A stretch of 64,000 nt of DNA from Octopus sinensis. Taxonomy: Eukaryota. Location: NCBI RefSeq assembly GCF_006345805.1, contig NC_043005.1:40672001-40736000 (forward strand), written 5' to 3'. Below the pieces are notes generated by a model, which saw only the letters and a list, made by a program, of their open reading frames with translations, was not told the DNA's origin and did not search any database. Shown here one piece after another: positions 54,145-64,000 of the stretch. The translations under genes and the position numbers were made by a program. The number at the start of each line of letters is the position of its first letter. Position 1 is the stretch's first letter.

Positions 54145-55283
54145 GTAATTGAACGATTGAATATTTTTAACTTTTCATAATTTTTTTTTTTTTTTAATTT
54201 ACATGTATAACCAAATATACGGGATTATATCCTTTCGGGACACTTGGGTATAGTTGTATAACCCACGTGCTCTAGTAATTTAACTTGTTGAGTTAGCTTA
54301 TATTAAATCCTTTTTCAAGTCACTAATTCATTCTTATTTTGATATTAGAATAGTCATTTCTTTTTGTCTTTAGTCGTATTTTGGGTTTCACTATCTTATT
54401 TAATTATGAAATTTGAAAAGCGTTTTGAAAACAACTATACCCATAAACTTAAACTATAAGCTAAATAAAAGCTATCAACTAAAAATACAAGCTATATCTA
54501 ACTCAAATAAAACCAACATTAATAAACAACGAAAATATTGAATAACTAATCTTATAATGCTTATTTCTCAATACGATTATCAAGTTAAATTGTAAGACGT
54601 TTCTCAGTGAAAAAGAAAATGAAAAAGCTCCTTTGGAAGAAAAGTTTAAAAAATACGATTATTTAATTGAAAGTTTTCAGAAGAGTAATGTATGAATGTA
54701 GATGTATTACTGGCCCGACATGGGTTAAATATCTGTATATATATTACAAGACATGATGACATATTATAGTCAAAATAAATTTCGACAAGATACAATTTCT
54801 TGGCTATCGTTTCATTTCATCACGCCGACAGCCAAGTTATTTATATAAATATTGCACAGTCATTGACTTCAATTTAAATGGCACCGCTTTAGCTAAAAAT
54901 TGCCCTTAACAATCTGTAAATTTCTTGAATATGTTTTTAAGTATGTCCTTCGTCATCTCCAGTACAAAACGAAAGCGACCTTACATTAAACAATTGGAGT
55001 AAGGGAAATAACACGCTACCAATTAAACAACAAATCTCAGTTCCAAAAATTGTTTAACCTGTCAGTGTTAACAGTTAGTGGTGTTTCACATATCTCACGC
55101 CAGACTCTAGTTCTTGAGAAATTTGTGACTGCCCACACTATTTATTGGTTGTAAATAACACAGTAAAATATTAATATGCGATACATTTGGAAACAACCAA
55201 ATAAGTGGTGTCTAGAAAGTTCTTTTGATGCTTGTGTCCATACGTATTGTAGTATTTTTGGTGGTAATTTTTTTAGCAAGAAA

Positions 55284-55820
55284 TTGGGTGGAATTTTGGT
55301 TTTAAGCACCTCTCAATTTTCTTTTCTTTTTTTTTTTAATTTTTAGAAAACTTTTGCGAATTTGTGTTCTATAGACGGAAATTCATCCGATTATGAAAAA
55401 AAAGAATTGTGTTCTATACATGGAAATTCATACGATTATGGAAAAAAAATTAAGAGCGATTTAGTAGGTGTTTTTAACACATCCCACGGCCAACTGATAC
55501 CTTCCTCGTTTCTTTCTCACTCCGGCATGTATCAGTGTTTTTTTAATATTTTTCTCCCCTTAAACACATTTAATGGCATGATGATGCACCCAAGGGTGAC
55601 CCATTTTTAGGATTTAAGCAAAAAATACTGGACTACCCGTATTTTAAACTAATTTAAAAACAAAAATTCGAATAAGATTGGTGGTAGTGGTGGAGAATTA
55701 GAAATAAAAATACAAAAAATTTAATTATCGTATGAATTCCCGTCTGTAGAACAGAAATTTTCTGAAAGTTCCCAAAATTAGAAAAAAGTTTTAAGGGTGC
55801 TTAAACCAGAATCCTACCAA
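55284..55820. mobile_element. Element with long imperfect terminal inverted repeats in EEFSEC intron 1
   Basis: ttttggttttaagcacc and tgttctatagacggaaattcatccgat on the left match gggtgcttaaaccaga and atcgtatgaattcccgtctgtagaaca on the right. There is an internal direct duplication of about 45 bp at 55362-55450. Confidence 0.7.
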
Positions 55821-56289
55821 AGTTGTTACAATATATCTTTTATACTTCTATTATAACATATACAGCCTATATCTTAAACACAACAGCTATAACTATTGTG
55901 TGATTGATTAACACCTGTTTTCCATTATTTAATAAAACATTAGGAAAATATTTAAGAGCACTTCTTCACTTTTTGGGACCCACGGAAGTAAAAAGTAGGT
56001 GTTTTCTAGATCAGAAAGTTTTTAGAACTTTTTTAATACAAATAATAAAGGGATTAGTATTTTCAAATGTTCAAATCCATTATCAGGAAATGCTTAACAC
56101 CATTTACTTGACAAAAACATTTAGGCATTTGTATTTGAATTTCTGCAGCTGTTGTCATATGCCTTTTCAAGCTCCCATGATTTATTTGAAGACCTGCTGT
56201 AGAGTGAATATTTGGTTAGTTCTACTGTACTCAGGACAGAAGCCAAACTACTCTTCAGCTAGCTTGGGCTCAACAATTTCCTTACATCT

Positions 56290-57470
56290 CTTTTCCAGAC
56301 ACCTAATATAGACTTTACATGGAAATTCCTCTAATTTTAGGTACTCTCTACTCCCTTTTCAAAAATTGGGTTTATCACCTTGGATTGCCATTACTTGACT
56401 GTCTTTCCAGCTGTCATAGTTATCTGGTACACACAAACCAGCTAAAGAATACCTTGTGTGTTTAAGATTTTTAATGTCTTAGACTAAATTTCATCCTCCT
56501 GGGTAGTTTTATCAAGTTCGAGTGCTTTAATTACCTCTATGACTCCAACCTCTGTGATGCAACAGAAGATTTATTGTGACTGGATTTAGATCAGTAAAGT
56601 ATTCTATCCACCTCCCAAGGATGCCTTTCTCTGTTGACAGAACCCTCTGAATTCTTAATGGCAGGTGTAGAAGAGGGCTTCATGTTAAGAAGCTTGTGAA
56701 TTGTCTGCCAGAATACTTTTTTGGTCAATCTAAAGTCAGAGTTCAGCTTAACAATGAAGTCTTCTCATGACTTAGCTTTGGATTGTGTTACTGTCTCTGC
56801 TGGAGCTTTTTACACCTCAGGGAGGGAGACTTGTTTCCAAGCCAAGCTTTGTAAACCTTCTTTGCTCAGATGGCATCTTCCTGGTTAATCTAGGAGGTTC
56901 TTTTACACCTAGCACCACACTGAGCGGCTTCCATCCATAACATTGTGCAACCAAAGAAAAAATTGTTGAACAAAACAATCTGCACTCCAACTTCCTCAAT
57001 TAGTTCCGGAAGGCCTCTGAATTTAAATGCAAGGGTGTTTATGTATTTGTTTCTGATCCCACTTTATTTTGTAAGTTGTGCTGGACTTAACAGCTTTGTG
57101 AGTTCTTCTTACTGTAGATAATATTAGGGCTCAGACAACTATGTGGTGATCAGTTGATATCTCTGCCTCTTTATTTACACGAATGGCCTGTACAGAATCA
57201 AAGCAATCTGAAACAATAATGAAATCTGTCAGTGACCACTGTCCCAAAATATCCCTATACCATGTGTACTTCTGGATATCCCTGTGTTGGAAGAATGTGT
57301 TCATAATGGAGAGCTCGTTTGTAGCATAGAAGTCAAGTGAGGTCCCTTCATTCACACTGAGTTCAGGATCAACATCCCTCTTCCCAGTCATTCATTCCTT
57401 TCTGTGTCTAGTGGTCAGTGCCAACTTGTGTATTGAAGTCTCCTTGTAGGACAGGTGACTTAGCCTTAAC
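56290..57470 (-). mobile_element. RTE-type LINE fragment (APE endonuclease to RT N-terminus) in EEFSEC intron 1
   Basis: GDFNTQVG near 57440, NELSIMNTFFQHRDIQKYTWY and DFIIV...STDHHIVV (ORF 57131-57391), then FWQTI, GRWIEYF and a degenerate 'PIFxKG..NxRGIS' block. Confidence 0.85.
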
Positions 57471-60400
57471 CACATCATCTTAATATATAATATAATTCTA
57501 ATTTTGGCACAAGGCCAGTAATTTTAAGTGGGGTTGGGTGTGTAGTATATGTTGATTACATCAACCTTGGTACTTGACTGACTTTATTTTATTGACTCTG
57601 AAAGGATGAAATGCATAGTTGACCGTGGCAAGATTTGTAGCCAGTAATAACAATTTTGAGTGCAAATTGAAATTATCCTCCAGCCTAAATCTAATCAAGA
57701 GGAAGAGCTCTATACTGAATATCATGAAATATTATTATGTATGGAACACCAGAATTGTTGATAATAGATTCTAAATAGTGACAGGTATTCACCTATTTCT
57801 GAGTCCAATTCTTGACAGGATCAACTTTGCTTTTCATCCTTTCAGGGTTTATAACATAAAGCACCACTCAAACCCCACCCCTCAAAACTGCTTGATTTAT
57901 GTATAAATCAGAAACTATTATTACAAATATTCTAACAGAAAGGTATTGAACTTCTCTAGTAAACTCAGGCCTCCTAAGCCCTTTTCTGTAGTGTCTTTAT
58001 TGTGGAGAGTAGTGGACTGGTGAAAGTGTTAGGGGGTTGGATGAGATAGCCTGCAGCATTCATTTCAACCCTTTGCTTCCGAAATTAAGGTTTAGGGGTT
58101 TTACTGCTGTTTTCTGGACAATGGCTTTAAGAAAAGTATGCAAACATCAATTCAAAAACTATATTTTTACAGTTTTATCATCTCCATGAAATTGTTGCTA
58201 TAACATATGGCCACATACACACACACTTGCACATCCATATGCACTGTGCTTGTCACTGACAATAATCATTTGAAACTGCCAAAGCAACAAAAGAGAAACA
58301 AAAAATTTGAATATAGCCATGCTATCAAGGTGTTTGTGTTGAGTTCTGTCCTTTTACATTCAATTATGAAAATATAAACCTCATGGTCGATCGCATCATC
58401 ATGCAACATTCATGTTCCATATTGGCATGGGTTGGATGGCTCACTAAAAGAAATCGCTAATAATATTCAAAAAAATTATTTGACCAGTCACCAAAGTTTG
58501 GTCTCTCATTTCTTTTGTAGCCCTTGTCTTGACGGATTTAGTGAATTGAGCAAGTCATTACTATATTTGCCTTCTCCAATTAATATAGACATAAGAAGAC
58601 TGTCCATTCCATATTACTCAAGTATCTTGTAGAAAGTTATGCTTTACTGCTGCTTCAAATGTCCCACCCCTTTTTTAAAATCAAAAACAAGTTCTTTGTG
58701 CCATTCTCTACCATATATTCACAGATACAGATCACTCTTAATCTCATGTTTTCAATGAATAATAGCTTTCATGAATTTAAGGTTCTCTCCTTTCCATAAG
58801 TATCCAAGTCTTTTGAACAGAGCTGATTTGTATGACTTGTTTAGGTTTAAAATTGAATCAGATTGTCAGTAATTTTGAAAGAAGAACCAAGAGGAGAATT
58901 ATCCAAATATTTATGCATATCATTATTTTTAAAAAAATTATATCTATTAGTTACAGTGATGACTGTGATTAAGTTTGCTTTGCGGTCTTACAGTTCTAAA
59001 TTCGTTCCTTTCTACCATAGCCATAGCTTGTGAGAAACTGTGCAGAAGTCATCTGTGTGTGTGCGTGTTTATATCAGCTAGAAGTAAATAGGGGTATGTG
59101 TGAACAGAAATACCCTGTGGTATTTGTCCAAGTTAATTCCTGTTATGCTAATGTCCACTTTGCAACAAAGTAAAATGGACTTTGGTTGATATAATTTGTT
59201 AAAATTCATGTGTCTAAGCATGGCTATTGTCCAGTAACTGAAACCTGTAAAAGAATACAAGAATTGATGCAAGGAAATTCTGTGACATCATTGCTAATTA
59301 ACCATATATCATGTGATGTATAAATTTCAAGATGTAACTGGATTAGTCTTGAATGTATTGTTAATGGTGCATAAATTGTCAGTTTCTGTTTTGGACAGAT
59401 ACAAAATATTAATTCATATTTTTTACATTTTTTAACACAATTTACAATGCATTATTCTTATTTATATTTTGCATTATGATGTAACTATTTCCATTAATAC
59501 GTTACATTTAATTATTTTAAGTGTCCAGAATGTTCTTTTTATATCAATGTCATATCAGGGATCCAGAAAGTAAACTATCTCACTTGTTCATTGTACCAAA
59601 TTATTTCCTCAATTTTCTTTTAGATAGTCTCAGTTTCTTTTTACAAAGTGACCAACTGCCACTGAGCAACCAGTTGCATGTTAGCACATTATTTACTAGG
59701 TAAACAAAAAGGGTTATCTTAATCATATGTCTGAGGGCATAAATTTAAGACACATGGTATGTGTTGAGGGCACCAATTAGGAAGTAAGTTTGATTTTTTT
59801 TTAACTAAAGATTTAGATTATAGGTATATATATATATAGTATATTAGCTATATCACCGAGAACATTTCCATTTAATTTTATATCTTGGAAGATCAAGGTT
59901 GAGGCACACCAGCCATACATGCAACTCACACACACTTTAAACAAATAAAATGTAACCTGGATTTTATATACATTCAGGATAAAACTCCATGCTAAGCTAA
60001 AACATCATTTTACTGTTCATATTTTCATATAAGCGAAAGGGATGATTTTGTCTCAGATAGATTAGAGTCAACTAATCAAATCAAAAGCCAGTTTAATGAC
60101 TACTATCATTATTCTAGTTGTCTGCAAGTCCCTGTTCCATTCCAGATCTTTTTTTAAACTATTCATCCATCTACACCCACTTTTTTTTCTTCTACATTTT
60201 AGTATTTTTGGAAAATTGCTTATCACAAGAAAATCACCTCAGGCATGTTATCTTGTAGTTCATTTCATGAAGTGGCAAGAACCATTTCAGTCACCTAAAA
60301 TTCTTTAGTAAAAGATATGTCTGATTTTGTGAGTTATTGGAAACTAAAATATTCTCCCTAGCAGTATCCTGGATGAGAAAACAATTACAAGCTGGGAACA

Positions 60401-63159
60401 TTTCTATCATTTTCTATCCTATCATAAAAATTTTGGAAAACGTGTGTTTATTATAGCACTGATATTGAAATCTTGTTGTAGCTGGGTCTGTAACTTAGCA
60501 GGTGAGTTGGCAGTTAAACATCTTGTATAATGTTTTATTAGATTGTGCTGATTAGGACTTCTTAGCTGTTACATCTAATTGAAGGAGGTGAAGAAGCTTT
60601 AACTTGGCTTGGTCTAGTAGCTTGTAATGAGGCCATGCCAGGTAAAGTTTTATGGCTTTTATGTACAGATTGATTCTGTGATGCTAAATGAAAGATTAAA
60701 AATATGTTACCACTCTTCTTGAAGAGATGCAGATGATAAAGTCTTGTAAACTATATTACATAAGAACATAATGATAATAAACGTTGACTTTTGAATATTA
60801 TCTACTATCATTATAAAAGTATGAAAGTATTTATACTGGTGTTTAATTGGTAGAATATCAAATCAGAGTTGATTCTTTTTCTTTTATTCTTTTACTTGTT
60901 TCAGTCATTTGACTGCAGCCATGCTGGACCACCACCTTTTAGCTGAGCAAATCGATCCCAGGACTTATTCTTTGTTAGCCTAGTACTGATTCTATCAGTC
61001 ACTTTTTGCTGAACAGCTAAGTTACGGGGACCTAAACACACCAGAATTGGATGTCAAGGGATGTTGGGGGGGACAAACACACATATATACATATATACGA
61101 CGGGCTTCTTTAACCTTTTCTTACCATATTTCTATTAAAATACACTGCCTTTGTTTCAGTTGCTTTTGAAAATAAGGAAGTTAGAATAATTCTGCCTTTA
61201 TTAAAATGGTATTTAACCGTTTTGTTACCATATTTCTGTTGAGATGTTCTGTATTTCTTTCAATTAATTTTAAATATAAGAAAGAATTTAGTAAAATAAC
61301 TTATCATTAGTTATCATTAAGCTAGTGTTAGGAACATAAATTGTGCTTTCCTATGTTTTTCCATTCTGTGTAGATGCCATTTTCACAAGGTCAAGATTTA
61401 AAATCAGAAGAATTTTTACAGCTTTACTTTACTTATCTTTCTCTTATTTGATTTCTCTTTTTCTCCATGCTGGTATGTTGTCATGTATTTAATCGTATCA
61501 AGCCTAACATTTTTTGCTGTTGTTTTTTGTAACTTCATCACGAATCTTCCTTGGTTTATGTCTTCTAAGGATATCTCCACCAGTTACTTAAACACTTACT
61601 GCTCAACACCAAATATTCTTTCACATTATACAGTAGGATTAACATCTCTCATGTCTACATTAACTTTTGACGTTTTTTTTTTCATTTTGTTATTGATAGT
61701 TTATCTGTGGACTCTCAATAATTTTTTTCTTTGATCTTTTATATTGTGTTTCTAGATTTGATTTTATATATTTCTAACTTATTTTTATGCTTACATTGTT
61801 GGTAGTATTACTCTATATATTACTCTATATTTTTGTATTTAAGAAAGAAATTAATTATTATCTCGGGTGAGATGGGAATGGGGTTTGGTTAGTAAGGAAA
61901 ACTACACTGGTGATCTAAGGTAGCTCGGCTTATGGCTGTCTGTCATTTAACTACAAAGCAATATATTGTGATAGACTAATAGCAAATGCCTTAGGCTGTT
62001 ATGAACAGTGGGATTGCCAATGGTGTAGTTTGCAGTGTCTGTGTTTCCCCTGTACAATTTGGGACAGAACATTTTTCTTGGTTATTTTCAATACAGCTGG
62101 AAAGCCACCTCATGCGTATGATGTGACAATGTAAGATCTTTATGAATAAAGGTTGTTTCTGCTCTGTAGACAGGGAATTTAAGGTGTTAGTCTAGGCCAC
62201 AAGAATGAAGCTGTCTCCATATTGATAAGAGTAGAAGTAAGGTGTGGTGGTGGGGGGTATACTAGCTAGACATTTGTAAATAACCTGTAGTAATTAAATT
62301 GATATAGCATTAATAAACATATCAAAAATTATTATCATGGTAACATAATTATAATAATTATCTATAATAATAAATGTGAAATTCTGTCTGTCTGGGACCC
62401 CTGTATTTCAGTCTATATCTGCTCTACATAGACATATACCTTTTTGGAATCAAGATCATCCTGGGATTAAAAATCTGTCCTTCATTTGGTTCTTGAACAT
62501 CCTGCATTAAGATCTGATTTAAAAGCATTTGCGTTGCTATTTCTAGCAGGTAAGGCTTGGCTGATTCACGCCATCTTGGTTGGTGTTTGTCTGATGATGT
62601 CAGAGATCAAGTGGAGAGATAAATGACATTTACTTCGTTAATTTTATGTCAAGACAAGTACTTTGGGACATATTGACCAACAGTTGGAATTCAACTTGGG
62701 TCTAATGATTGCATTACAGAATTAATTCTCATTTGTCCTTAACCTCTGATCAAACCCCACCAGGGCATATAGTCATTGTAAATGTATTATAGTCATGCTG
62801 TTTGGCACTCTTTAGTTTTGGGCCACAGGCCCAATTAGCCCTCCTCAGTAGCTACTTAAAAATCCGCATGTGGAGTGTGGCTTTTAAGCTAGTTTGTAAT
62901 AAATGAATATGACACTAATACCAGTAATATACTGAGCTGAAATTCAATTCACAAAGACCAAACATAAACAGTAGAGTTGATACAGTGTGTAAAATGCTGA
63001 GCCAAATAATTTACAGTGATTTGTTTTCTCAATCTCATTTAAAAATTTAGTTATATAAGTAATAGACTTGATTAAATTACTACAATGCCCCCATTCTGAT
63101 GTTGCTCAAGGGAAAATAAATATTCTTTTAATTATTTAATTTGTTTTTCCATTCATTAG

Positions 63160-63329
63160 GTGCCCAGATTATTGACCTTATGATTTTGGTTGTTGACATC
63201 ACTAAAGGAATTCAAACTCAAACTGCTGAGTGTCTTGTTGTTGGAGAGATTGCCTGTGAGAAAATGGTGGTTGTACTTAATAAGACAGATTTGTTGCCAC
63301 CGGCTAAAAAGGCTGCTACAATTGAAAAA
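63160..63329 (+). CDS. EEFSEC: eEFSec coding exon 2
   Basis: Acceptor ttccattcattag at 63158-63159. Encodes (G)AQIIDLMILVVDITKGIQTQTAECLVVGEIACEKMVVVLNKTDLL including the G4 NKxD motif. Donor GTAAGT at 63330. Phase is consistent with exon 1. Confidence 0.95.
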
Positions 63330-63479
63330 GTAAGTTTCATTTCAGACCATCATAAGCGAAGGTCATAAACAAACTTCCTTACATCTTAATTTTTCCCTCT
63401 TAGCTTCATGTGTTCATTATTTTATTTTACTCTCTCCTTTGATGATTCTAAATATTCCACTCCACAAGGATGTTCTGAC

Positions 63480-63700
63480 TCATAAGGGCTGGTTTTCCCA
63501 GTTTCCTTGGTGTATAAATTCCTGACCTGGATGGGACACCAGACCGTCGCAGGATTACTCATTTTTGCCAGCTGAGTGAAATGGAGCAACGTGAAATAAT
63601 GTGTTTTGCTTAAGAAAACAATGCGTTGAATGGTTCAGGAATCAAAACCACAATCTTGCAATCATGAGTTCAAGACCCTAACCACTAAGCCATGCACCTC
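63480..63700 (-). mobile_element. tRNA-derived SINE in EEFSEC intron 2
   Basis: Contains ccagctgagtgaaatggagcaacgtgaaat...ctaaccactaagccatgc, the same family as 2915-3245. Confidence 0.75.
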
Positions 63701-63811
63701 CATGCTCACTCCAATGATTGATACTTAAAAGTAAGTGATGGTATATTTTATATAATAGGACTGCTTTATCCGATTTACTACTCTAAAATTTGAAATGTTT
63801 AATATTTACAG

Positions 63812-63901
63812 ATGACAAAGCGATTACTGAAAACCTTGGAGCCTACAAAGTTTGCTAAAGCTCCAGTAATTGCGGTATCTGCTAATCCAGGAGGAACTGA
63901 G
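63812..63901 (+). CDS. EEFSEC: eEFSec coding exon 3
   Basis: Acceptor atatttacag. Encodes MTKRLLKTLEPTKFAKAPVIAVSANPGGTE, continuing the eEFSec G-domain (G5 region) in phase 0. Donor GTTGGT at 63902. Too short to appear in the ORF track. Confidence 0.9.
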
Positions 63902-64000
63902 GTTGGTACCATTATTCATACTTTTGCATTCTGACATTTGTTTGGATTAGCTGAGTTAGTGTTTGTTTGAGTTCTTAGCAGATCTCTTTATAACCATTAT

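Overview
AT-rich, repeat-dense animal DNA. The SINE and MITE families and the gene content suggest a coleoid cephalopod such as Octopus (inference). Two genes lie head-to-head with about 1.2 kb between their start codons. On the minus strand is WDR47/nemitin, with one 1549-nt first coding exon (52645-51097; LisH-CTLH, Ser/Pro-rich linker, Q/E coiled coil) followed by at least 50 kb with no recognisable WD40 exon. On the plus strand is EEFSEC, the selenocysteine elongation factor (exons 53865-54144, 63160-63329, 63812-63901). The long WDR47 intron holds a near-full-length decayed mariner, a decayed Buster/Charlie-type hAT, RTE-LINE fragments, piggyBac- and Tigger-type MITEs and several SINE families. 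The most interesting signals are two juxtaposed 3'/5' splice sites (polypyrimidine-CAG|GTAA) in the WDR47 sense orientation, at 1934/1935 and 18584/18585. Each is followed by a second donor, matching the recursive-splicing (RS-exon) architecture. The intron also has many local fold-back structures that could be ADAR substrates. No prokaryotic-type system (CRISPR array, operon) is present.
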